A stretch of DNA of 32,000 nucleotides from Wolbachia endosymbiont of Onchocerca ochengi (GTDB lineage Bacteria > Pseudomonadota > Alphaproteobacteria > Rickettsiales > Anaplasmataceae), in assembly GCF_000306885.1 (NCBI RefSeq), contig NC_018267.1, positions 420,001-452,000 of the forward strand. Direction: 5' to 3'. This document shows positions 1 through 8,984 of this stretch, piece by piece; the first letter of the stretch is position 1, and every line of letters starts with the position of its first letter. The notes under the pieces were generated by a model. It saw only the letters and a list, made by a program, of their open reading frames with translations, was not told where the DNA came from and did no database searches. The position numbers were made by a program, and so were the translations under genes.

Positions 1-54
1 TATATTAATGTTATAGTACTTTATCGATCAAAAAATAAAAAGGGGAAAATAGCT

Positions 55-1368
55 GTGCTTATACAAGATAACATTTCACTTTGCAAACGATGGATATTTT
101 TGGCAGTATGCGCTCTTGCTTGTTCTGGGCTACTGTCGATAATTGTTGTTTTCCTGCGGTTGCCTTTTGTTTTCTCTCTCATTCCCTCTGCACAATATAT
201 CTTTGATAATGCACTAGTGATACATGTGAATTTATCAATTTTGGTATGGATGTGTTCTATAATATCTTTACTTTTTATTATAAACCTACAAAACACCAAT
301 AATTGGCTTAGCTTTTTATGGGTTCTGTCAACCCTTTCCATGCTACTGATATTTGTGTCAGCATTTGTTCCGGGTACTGAAGTTATTAAGAGCAACTATA
401 TTCCCGTGTTACAAAACAAATTATTTTTGTTTGGGCTTAGTTTGTTTATTATCAGCATATTGGTAAATGCAGCTTTTACCTGTATGTTAAATAGGCAAGT
501 CTCATACTTTTTTGTTGGGCAAGTTGGGTTAGTTATTATATTTGTATCGTCGTTCCTTTGCCTTGTTCTAGCTCACAGAAACATGCCTGTAGATTTATAT
601 CACTTAGATAAAAATTTATTTTACGAATATCTCTTTTGGGGAAGTGGACATTTGCTGCAATTTGCTTTTACTCAAGGAATGTTTTTAGTTTATTTGATAA
701 TGTTGAGTTCCAGTGTCAATCTAACTTCAAACAATAAAATTGCTATTTTGCCACTATTTATAAATATGATCTTGGCTGTATGTGGACCATTTATATATTC
801 TATTTACTCGGTGAATAGTGCTGAATTGATACAGTTTTTTACTTGGCATATGAGAACTGCTGGAGCAATTTTGCCGTGTTTTTTAACAATATTAGTGTGT
901 CGTAGTATAAAAAGCTTACTTAATGATAAGAACAGTTATTTATTACACTCATTTGTGTTGTTCACTTATGGAGGCATACTTGGAGTACTAACTGTTGAAG
1001 GAAATGTTACCATTCCTGCTCATTATCACGGTTCTGTAATTGGCATCACTATAGCTTTTATGAATTTTGTTTATTGGTTATTACCAAAACTGAACTGTAA
1101 AGAGGTAGAAAACTTTGTGGTAAAATTGCAAATTTATGCCTATGGCTTTGGACATTTTCTTCATATTACTGGTCTTGTTTGGCTTGGTGGATACAGTGCC
1201 TTAAGAAAAGTTGCGGATTTGCCAAGTATTTCATCAATATTAGCACGTACCTGCTTTATTGCGGGTGGAGCTATATCAGTTATTGGTGGAGTGTTGTTTG
1301 TAGTAATTGTGCTTTTATCTCTGTTTAAAGGCAGAGCGCGTAGCTGTGCTTCTTGGAATAATTCATAG
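55..1368 (+). CDS. Heme-copper oxidase subunit I-like (cbb3/NorB-like) membrane protein
   Basis: Intact 437 aa multi-TM ORF. It keeps His-containing motifs typical of heme-copper oxidase subunit I: 'IHVNLSILVW', 'WGSGHLLQF', 'TIPAHYHGSVIGIT', 'FGHFLHITGLVWLGG'. Confidence 0.75.
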   Translation: MLIQDNISLCKRWIFLAVCALACSGLLSIIVVFLRLPFVFSLIPSAQYIFDNALVIHVNLSILVWMCSIISLLFIINLQNTNNWLSFLWVLSTLSMLLIFVSAFVPGTEVIKSNYIPVLQNKLFLFGLSLFIISILVNAAFTCMLNRQVSYFFVGQVGLVIIFVSSFLCLVLAHRNMPVDLYHLDKNLFYEYLFWGSGHLLQFAFTQGMFLVYLIMLSSSVNLTSNNKIAILPLFINMILAVCGPFIYSIYSVNSAELIQFFTWHMRTAGAILPCFLTILVCRSIKSLLNDKNSYLLHSFVLFTYGGILGVLTVEGNVTIPAHYHGSVIGITIAFMNFVYWLLPKLNCKEVENFVVKLQIYAYGFGHFLHITGLVWLGGYSALRKVADLPSISSILARTCFIAGGAISVIGGVLFVVIVLLSLFKGRARSCASWNNS

Positions 1369-1683
1369 AAAAATTCTTTAACAAATTTCTTGCTAACTCC
1401 TATTATTATACTAATAAAGATATTGAATTATCTTCAACCTTTGCAGGTCAAGTGATGGAAGTATTACGAGATTAGTGTCTTATATTTTATTTTTATGGCT
1501 TTATGTCTTTACTAGATTTTAGTTTTTATCCATACAAGCTGAAATGCATTTATAGAACGTTAAAAAAATGAGAACATCAATTTACAGGATTAGAGAATAA
1601 TAAATAACTGTCTGCATGAGGATTTCTTTTGTTTTTTTTCTGAGCATTTAAACTTAGGATATCTGATACAGTTTAAGAGTAGC

Positions 1684-1905
1684 TAAATTGCAGCGCTTTA
1701 AGGCTTAGAAAAAACGCTAGTGCTAGAAGTAAGTACTGGCGAGGATTTCTTCTGCCTTTTTCTGCTTATTAAAGCTTTTGATATTTTATTATTAAGGGAA
1801 TTTAAGAACAGCTGAATCGCAGTGTTGTAGAAAATACGATATTTAAAATATCTACTTCTTTCTAGGTTATACAAGAAGTTTAATTGCAATTATTGATCAT
1901 TCAAA
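1684..1905. repeat. Candidate Wolbachia dispersed non-coding repeat (carries the small ORF 1698..1889 on the minus strand)
   Basis: The sequence 'agctaaattgcagcgctttaaggcttagaaaaaacgctag...gaatttaagaacagctgaatcgcagtgttgtagaaaatacg' and its translation 'FKYRIFYNTAIQLFLNSLNNK' resemble intergenic repeats I recall from Wolbachia genomes. No second copy is visible in this window. Confidence 0.4.
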
Positions 1906-1940
1906 TATATAATCTGTTGAGACTTATGTAATCTTTATAG

Positions 1941-2441
1941 ATGAAAGAAAAAGAAAGACAATTTAGTTTTACATCGGAAAATCTTGAGAAGGCAAAAAAG
2001 TTTATAAAGATGTATCCAAAAGGGAGAGAGGGTAGTGCTGTTATGCCTTTGCTATACTTGATTCAAGAACAATGTGGATGGGTTCCTAGATCTGCAATGT
2101 GCTACATTGCTGATATGCTTTGTATTCCACATATTCGTGTGTACGAGGTAGCAAATTTTTATACTATGTATAATTTAAAACCAGTGGGTAAATATCTTGT
2201 ACAAATTTGCAGAACAACTCCTTGCTGGTTATGCAGTAGTGAAGAAGTTCTAGATGCCTTTAAAAAGAAACTAGGAATTGATGTTGGTGAGACCACTAAA
2301 GACAATCTGTTTACTTTAAAGGAAGTTGAATGTCTTGGTGCATGTGTTAGTGCTCCTGTTGTACAGATCAATAATGATTTTTATGAAAATCTTACTCCTC
2401 AAAAAGTAGAGAACATTGTAGTAGAACTTTCAAATAAGTAG
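1941..2441 (+). CDS. nuoE: NADH-quinone oxidoreductase subunit E
   Basis: 166 aa ORF with the NuoE thioredoxin-like 2Fe-2S pattern 'VCQ-like..ICRTTPCWLCSSEEV...VECLGACVSAPVVQINNDFYENLT'. Confidence 0.95.
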   Translation: MKEKERQFSFTSENLEKAKKFIKMYPKGREGSAVMPLLYLIQEQCGWVPRSAMCYIADMLCIPHIRVYEVANFYTMYNLKPVGKYLVQICRTTPCWLCSSEEVLDAFKKKLGIDVGETTKDNLFTLKEVECLGACVSAPVVQINNDFYENLTPQKVENIVVELSNK

Positions 2442-3641
2442 ATGAAAAGAAAGTTTTCATTTAAAATAACTAAGCAATTAGGTTCTGCAAGAGTTGGTAC
2501 TATTGAAACTCCAAGTGGAAATATAGAAACACCGGCATTTATGTTTTGTGCGACAAAGGCTGCAATTAGAGTTTCAGATATCGAGAGAGTCAGCGAAGCT
2601 GGCACTCAAGTAATACTGTCTAACACATATCACCTAATGCTTCAACCAGGAGAGAATACCGTAGAAAAACTTGGTGGGTTGCACAAGATGATAGGATGGA
2701 ATGGGCCGATGCTAACTGATTCTGGTGGATACCAGATATTTAGCTTAGGACACGGATCAGTTTCAGAAGAGATAAAGGGAATAAGAAAAAAACAAAAAAC
2801 TCTAGTCAAAGTTGATGAGTATGGAGCAGTTTTTCGTTCTTACATCAATGGTAAAAGTTATTGTTTAACTCCTGAAAAGTCTATTCAAATTCAACGAAAG
2901 TTAGGTGCAGATTTAATCTTAGTTTTGGATGAATGTACCCCGTTTCACGTTAGCAAAGAATATACACAGAAATCAATGCTTATGAGCCATAAATGGGCTG
3001 AGCGTTCTTTGAATGAGTTTAAAAGAAATAATAATGGCAAACAAGCACTATATGGAATTAGTCAAGGCGGAGTGTATCAAGATTTGCGTAGAGAGAATTG
3101 TGATTTTATTAATCATTTACCATTTTTTGGTCAAGCAATAGGTGGATCTCTTGGTCAGAGTAAGAAGCAAATGCATGATATAGTTTCTTTTACTATGGAA
3201 CATTTAAAAAGAACGAGACCTACTCATTTGCTTGGTATTGGTGGAATTGTGGATATCTTTCATGCAGTAGGGCTTGGAATCGATACGTTTGATTGTGTAC
3301 ATCCAACTCGTTTAGCAAGACATGGTGGTGCGCTTATTAAAGTGAAAAATAGGAATTCTATTATTTCGAAGTGCAAAGAGCATATTAATTTACGAAATCA
3401 ACAATTTAAACTGGATAATAGTCCAATTGAAAGTGACTGTCTATGTTTTACTTGCAGAAAGCATTCAAGAGCTTATATATACCATTTGTTAAAAGCTAAA
3501 GAACTGCTAGCCTACACTCTTATTACTATTCACAATATTTTCTTTATGAATGAACTGATGAAATCAATAAGACAAGCGATATTGAATAATAGACTAAATC
3601 AGGAAAGGAGTAACTGGGTTAGTGAAACCGTCATTTTGTAA
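2442..3641 (+). CDS. tgt: Queuine tRNA-ribosyltransferase (tRNA-guanine transglycosylase)
   Basis: 399 aa ORF with 'TDSGGYQIFSLG', 'GGSLGQSK', 'YLLGIGG-like HLLGIGGIVDIFHAVGLGIDTFDCVHPTRLARHGGAL' and the Zn motif 'CLCFTCRKHSRAYIYHLLKAKE'. Confidence 0.95.
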   Translation: MKRKFSFKITKQLGSARVGTIETPSGNIETPAFMFCATKAAIRVSDIERVSEAGTQVILSNTYHLMLQPGENTVEKLGGLHKMIGWNGPMLTDSGGYQIFSLGHGSVSEEIKGIRKKQKTLVKVDEYGAVFRSYINGKSYCLTPEKSIQIQRKLGADLILVLDECTPFHVSKEYTQKSMLMSHKWAERSLNEFKRNNNGKQALYGISQGGVYQDLRRENCDFINHLPFFGQAIGGSLGQSKKQMHDIVSFTMEHLKRTRPTHLLGIGGIVDIFHAVGLGIDTFDCVHPTRLARHGGALIKVKNRNSIISKCKEHINLRNQQFKLDNSPIESDCLCFTCRKHSRAYIYHLLKAKELLAYTLITIHNIFFMNELMKSIRQAILNNRLNQERSNWVSETVIL

Positions 3642-5389
3642 CCTTGTTTCTTCTTAAGTTTTTTCTTCATGCTGTTAGCTTTTTTTTCTTATTATTGATT
3701 TTGAAATTGTTACAATAGATAATTAACCTGTTAGTATTGGCCTTTTTATTCTTGATCGGTAAAATTATAAGATGAAGATATGGCTAAAGGAGATGATATT
3801 TTATTAATATTCAATTTTGGTAATACTGTTACTAATGGATGCATGTATAGTCGTTTTACTAGTAAATAGAAAGAGATTATGGTTTAAAAAATGGAGTGTC
3901 TAATAATGAATAGGAAGGTTTTTAAAGGATGAAGGTGAAATAAAAAAAAGGCTGAAACCTGTACTGTAATCTGCACTTTCAAGTAGAGTAAAGGTCAATA
4001 TTGTATCGTCATATGTATGCTATGAAAGAAAATAATGGAAGATTATTTAAGTTTGTTTAAGGAGCAAGCAGTTGGTATTTTTATGTTTAGTGATTTCTAA
4101 GAGAATTATTATATTATGTTTCCAAAAAGACTCATAGAACAACAGAGTTAAGTTAGAGAAGATTTACACTATCTATAAGGCAATTGTGAAACATAAAAAC
4201 AAACATGAAGTTGCTAAAGATCTGTTTTTGGTTTATAATAGTATAAATAGTATAAAGAAAATTAATAAAATTATTAAATTAATAAATAAAAAAGAGGAAT
4301 GGCCTTGAAAAAAGTAGGCTGAGTATTAAATAAAGAAATACAAAAAGTCAAATTTAAGGGTGGTAGGCACTATAAATGAAAATGGTGAAATGGTAGGAGG
4401 TGTTAATTATCTAAAAAGTACAAGAATTTATTAATGCAACCTATGTAAGAACCTATATACCGAAATTTTAGGTATTCATAGTCATTGTTAAAAAAAGTTA
4501 TTATCATTATTGCTTACTAAGAAAAAGGAATCAAGTACTGGTATAGTTGTTGATGAGATTAGGAGTAAAAAAAGAGGATGTTAAAGGTATATTATTGTCT
4601 GAAGGATAAACAAGATTAATGCACTCAAGACATTATGCAGCGTTGACCTATCAAGCAAATAAAATCTACCTGAGGAATTATCACTAAGTGGAAAATGAAT
4701 ATGTATTTTAAATTATTTCTCTTAGTACAAGTTCAGGGCAACCAAGGGTTTTTTTAGAGATTGTTATTCAAAAAATAATAGGTACTATTTGTAATTTCTT
4801 CGAAAGAAAATGATAACGAAAATTGAAAAGCAAGGCAATAGTGTAATAGAGGAAAAGTGAAGTTACTGTCAAAGGAAATAAACCAATGTAAATCTCTAAA
4901 ATAAAAGTATACTATTGACGCCGTAGTCTGGTTATGAAAAGAAAGGTAAAAGATCAAAGATCTTATAAGTAGTTATAAAGGCAACCAGCTGGAACAAAAG
5001 GTATTAATGTTGTTGAGCCGTAATTTATAAAAAAATAGGTGTGAATTTTAACTCTATAGGAGGAGGCTATAAAGAAAAATATAAATTTAAGCAGAAGACT
5101 ATTATTGCTTCTGAAAGCCATATGAAAAAGTGAAGATGGGGGATAAAGCTAAAGCTATTGAAAAAAGTTGATGATTTGATAACACATTGTTTAATTTTAT
5201 AATGTGTAAGATATATATGACAAATTAGAAAAACTTATCTAGGTTGGGTTAAGTTATATGAGAGAGTAGTTGGTACCCGTCTCTTATTTCATCCATATGA
5301 TAAATATCATAATATATAAAACTAATTTACTAAAAAAGTGGCACTTTTCTGTAATTTGAGTATAATTCTAGCTTTGCCTAAGCAGAAAG

Positions 5390-6898
5390 ATGAATCATTT
5401 AATGGACTATGTTTTAACATCTCTTTCCTTACCGCTTTTTATTACTGAAAATTATTTGTTAATTACTGCATTGATTCCGATGCTTGGTGCAGTAATTATC
5501 TTTTTTACCGGTAGATGGCCTAGAGTAAGTAACAGTATTACTGTTGTCTCTTCTGTACTTCTATTTACGTATACGTGTCTGTGCACTTTATATTGGGCAT
5601 ATAGTGATTATTTTCAATTTATCCTCATTGATTTTGGTAATAATTTACATATTAGTTTAAAACTAGAGTCTACAGGAATAATATTTAGTTTATTAATATC
5701 ATTTTTATGGATATTAACCAGTATATATGCAGTATGCTATATGAAGAGTAACTATCCTGGTAGTAATCACTCAAGTTTCTTATGTTTTTTTTCGGTATCG
5801 ATTAGCTGTGCGATGTTTATTGCTTTTTCCGGAGATTTGCTTACTACATTTGTTTTTTATGAGCTTTTAACTATCAGTACCTATCCTCTTGTTACCTATA
5901 ATGCCACAAATGAATCAGTGATAGCTGGACGCTATTATTTTGGCGTACTATTTTTTTCTTCCTTAGTACTATTTTTTCCAGTTCTTGGTTTCTTATACAG
6001 TGAATTTCATACTTTAGACTTTGTAAGCGATGGAATATTTAAATTTGACACTTCACTCATTACTTTTACTGCAGTATGTTTTACTATGCTGATTTATGGA
6101 ATAGGCAAAGCTGCACTAATGCCAATGCATTTTTGGTTGCCCAAAGCAATGGTTGCACCAACTCCCGTGAGTGCTTTGCTGCATGCTGTTGTTGTTGTGA
6201 AGTCCGGAGCTTTTATCATCATAAAAGTTATATTGTGTATTTTCGGTATCGGTAATCTGCAACGCTTTGCACAACAAAATTGGTTTGCTGGAGGATGGCT
6301 GCCATATGTTGCGGGGTTTACCATTGTTGCTGCCTCGCTGATTGCACTCAAGCAGAAAGAATTAAAAAAATTGCTTGCTTACTCTACCGTTTCTCAATTA
6401 TCATATATTATATTATCCGCTTCAATTCTTAGCGACTTCAGTGCAAAGGTTGCAATTTTTCAGTTAGTTTGTCATGCGTTTGCAAAAATCACTTTATTTT
6501 TTGTTGCAGGTAGCATAATAACGAAAACAGGTGAGAAATATGTGGATAGAATTCATGGCATAGGACGTAGTATGCCAATTGCCATGATAGCATTTACTAT
6601 AGGTGCGTTATCTATGATAGGGGTGCCACCTGCTCCAACTTTTTGGGGTAAATTTCTCATTTTCCAAGCTGTCTCTGACTCCGGCGATTTATCACTTATT
6701 ATATTTGTGATTCTTCTGTTGATTGTAAGCACTATACTCAATGCTATGTACTTTTTGCCAATAATTTACAATGCTTTTTTCTTAAAACCTTCCCAAAGGT
6801 TTTTCATTAAAAAAACACCTATTTTTCTAGTTTTACCACCGGTTATTACTGCAATATGTACTTTTGTTATTTTCTTTAGTTATCAAATAATATTTTAA
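5390..6898 (+). CDS. Proton-conducting membrane transporter family: MrpD/NuoL/NuoN-like cation/H+ antiporter subunit
   Basis: 502 aa multi-TM ORF with the family signature 'YGIGKAALMPMHFWLPKAMVAPTPVSALLHAVVVVKSGAFIIIKV' and 'LKKLLAYSTVSQLSYIILSASI'. Confidence 0.9.
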   Translation: MNHLMDYVLTSLSLPLFITENYLLITALIPMLGAVIIFFTGRWPRVSNSITVVSSVLLFTYTCLCTLYWAYSDYFQFILIDFGNNLHISLKLESTGIIFSLLISFLWILTSIYAVCYMKSNYPGSNHSSFLCFFSVSISCAMFIAFSGDLLTTFVFYELLTISTYPLVTYNATNESVIAGRYYFGVLFFSSLVLFFPVLGFLYSEFHTLDFVSDGIFKFDTSLITFTAVCFTMLIYGIGKAALMPMHFWLPKAMVAPTPVSALLHAVVVVKSGAFIIIKVILCIFGIGNLQRFAQQNWFAGGWLPYVAGFTIVAASLIALKQKELKKLLAYSTVSQLSYIILSASILSDFSAKVAIFQLVCHAFAKITLFFVAGSIITKTGEKYVDRIHGIGRSMPIAMIAFTIGALSMIGVPPAPTFWGKFLIFQAVSDSGDLSLIIFVILLLIVSTILNAMYFLPIIYNAFFLKPSQRFFIKKTPIFLVLPPVITAICTFVIFFSYQIIF

Positions 6899-6930
6899 AG
6901 TATCTGTCTTTTTGCTTTAGAACTTTAATT

Positions 6931-7836
6931 CTACTGTGAGTTGGTATCTAGATTTAGATGAATTATCGAAATATGTTCTTTGTCGAAACCTATATCTTTG
7001 ATTGACATGCTATCAGTAATATTTAAGAGTTCTGGTGGAGAAATGATAGTTCTTTTATTAAAAGCTCTCATTCCTATAGCTCCAAGCTCTATGGCAAGTG
7101 GTACTTTTTTATCACCAACCTTCAACTGTGTTGTTTGATTTTTGATTATATATTTACCATCATGCCTCATTACGCTATATTTAATCGATATTTCGTCACC
7201 GCACTTTACTTGTTTCCCGGTTTTGTCAATTAGATCATCAAAAATCATCATATTATTTACTAGATCTGGATATTTATCTTTTACTTCAAGTAGTTTAACA
7301 TAATAAGAACTAATGCTCGCTTCGGTATTATTAGTAGTACTGTTTACAGTAATTACACGTTCTCCTCCTTCCTTCATACCTATTGTTCCCAAACTTAACT
7401 CTTTCGAGTTGTTTTGACCTATTTTAAAAGTGACATTAGAGACTTGATTCAAAAGTGGTATTGCTAGATTGTTAGATATTTTATACACTTGTAATAGGAC
7501 TTCCTGACCGCATAAAGCTTTGCTGCCGTTGCCTTCTGTGATTTCGTAAAAGCTTATCATATTTTCCTCTCTTTTTTGCTGTGTTATTTTTTCTAAATAT
7601 TCTGTTATCCCATACTTTTTAATATAACGGTCAAATGCTGATTCAAGTATTGGTTTCACTAAATAGTATGCTATCGTCTGCACTAAGCTATCATGGGTAG
7701 TACTTATCTCATAAAGCTTGTCCTTTTTTTCTGGTTTGCCTTTATTTATGTGTACTATAATAAATACAAAAGCGGAAGTTAAGGTAAAAATTATTATCAT
7801 GGAAACAATCAACTGTAATACAATTTTTTTAGCCAT
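6931..7836 (-). CDS. Membrane-anchored protein with two putative FKBP-like modules
   Basis: 301 aa ORF with an N-terminal TM segment 'VLQLIVSMIIIFTLTSAFVFIIV'. It is followed by two related stretches, 'CGQEVLLQVY...FKIGQNNSKELSLGTIGMKEGGERVITV' and 'CGDEISIKYS...LKVGDKKVPLAIELGAIGMRAFNKRTIISPPELL', both resembling FKBP-type folds. Confidence 0.5.
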   Translation of the reverse strand: MAKKIVLQLIVSMIIIFTLTSAFVFIIVHINKGKPEKKDKLYEISTTHDSLVQTIAYYLVKPILESAFDRYIKKYGITEYLEKITQQKREENMISFYEITEGNGSKALCGQEVLLQVYKISNNLAIPLLNQVSNVTFKIGQNNSKELSLGTIGMKEGGERVITVNSTTNNTEASISSYYVKLLEVKDKYPDLVNNMMIFDDLIDKTGKQVKCGDEISIKYSVMRHDGKYIIKNQTTQLKVGDKKVPLAIELGAIGMRAFNKRTIISPPELLNITDSMSIKDIGFDKEHISIIHLNLDTNSQ

Positions 7837-8560
7837 CTTTTTTTGCTTGATTCAATAAGTCATATAGGTATGACCAGTGTTTTCCTCGGAGTTTGCTGAG
7901 ATTGTTTAAAGCTTGTTCGTAGTTTTCAGTATCATCTTCAGCTTGAAAGATGAGCCCAAGATTTATCCTATAGTTATATAATGCTCTACGTTGTTTATCC
8001 GGTGTATCTCCTACTATAGCACCTATTTTACATGGAGCTGCAAGTAGTTTTGCGGTTTTCATCAGATGCATTTTTTTTATTTTGCCAAAGTTTTTATCAG
8101 AATCTAAAACTTGCTCTCCTACCATTCCTTTAGTTCCTATCATCTGAGATGGTGATTTTATGATTTCATGGCGCTTATTACTATCCTTATTTGGTGAAGA
8201 TAATATTTCAGAAGCGAGAGTAAAAGGTGCATCTTCAGCAACAAGCACTGCTGTTGCTTCATCAAATTTCTTATAGCAGCAGCTTAGCTGATTTTTGCTA
8301 TTATTATTGCTATTGTCTATATATGGCAAGTCATCCTGAATCAGGGAGTGGGTGTGAACACATTTAACTGCTACAGCAATTGATATTGCTTCTGAATTGA
8401 ACACTTGTGACAGAGCTGTAATTAAAAGTGGACGTATTATGTGTTTTGTGGGAGCGAAAAGCACGTAGTGCATTGCTAATATATGCTTGTTTTGGCTAAC
8501 TTTAGATAAAATTTTATCTGTTTCTGCGATAAGTAAACTTTTTATTAACTTGTCTAACAT
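7829..8560 (-). CDS. Polyprenyl synthetase (IspA/GGPPS-like) family protein with degenerate catalytic motifs
   Basis: 243 aa ORF aligning by eye to IspA: 'TKHIIRPLL' (GKRLRP position), 'HTHSLIQDDLPYIDN' (first Asp-rich motif), 'GTKGMVGEQVLD', 'KTAKLLAAPCKIGAIVG', 'GLIFQAEDDTENYE' (second Asp-rich motif). Confidence 0.75.
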   Translation of the reverse strand: MLDKLIKSLLIAETDKILSKVSQNKHILAMHYVLFAPTKHIIRPLLITALSQVFNSEAISIAVAVKCVHTHSLIQDDLPYIDNSNNNSKNQLSCCYKKFDEATAVLVAEDAPFTLASEILSSPNKDSNKRHEIIKSPSQMIGTKGMVGEQVLDSDKNFGKIKKMHLMKTAKLLAAPCKIGAIVGDTPDKQRRALYNYRINLGLIFQAEDDTENYEQALNNLSKLRGKHWSYLYDLLNQAKKDG

Positions 8561-8711
8561 TTTTGAATTTATTAGTTTTTTAGCGTATGATACTAAAATA
8601 TGCCTTAGCTAGAGCAGTAAAAAGCTTTGTGATAGTTTATCAATCATAAAAGGTATTGCAAACATAAAGATTTTTTATAACATCAAAGGATAGGTTATTT
8701 TTTGGTAAAAA

Positions 8712-8984
8712 ATGGATAGCGAACTAGCAAAAAGTACTAGAGAAGACATAGAAGAAAAAGTGAAAAAGATTGTGTTAGAACACATTAGTAAAGATGTAGA
8801 GAAGTTTGATAGTTCTTCAAAGCTTTCGGAGCATGGAGCAGATAGTTTAGATGCAGTTGAGATAATTATGGCAGCAGAAGAAGAGTTTGGAATAGAAATT
8901 CCTGATGAAGATGCTCAAATAATGGAAACTATGGAACAAATAGTTGATTATGTAGTAAAAAAACAAATAGTTAGTGGTAAATGA
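8712..8984 (+). CDS. acpP: Acyl carrier protein
   Basis: 90 aa acidic ORF with the phosphopantetheine attachment motif 'GADSLDAVEIIMAAEEEFGIEIPDED'. Confidence 0.97.
   Translation: MDSELAKSTREDIEEKVKKIVLEHISKDVEKFDSSSKLSEHGADSLDAVEIIMAAEEEFGIEIPDEDAQIMETMEQIVDYVVKKQIVSGK

Noticed and set aside
21-395. Minus-strand 124 aa ORF at the window start
   Set aside because: It is antisense to the well-supported oxidase-like gene and its composition gives no family match.
4754-4957. Minus-strand 67 aa ORF in the tgt-MrpD gap
   Set aside because: Phe/Tyr/Ser-rich translation typical of the complement of a purine-rich strand, so unlikely to be coding.
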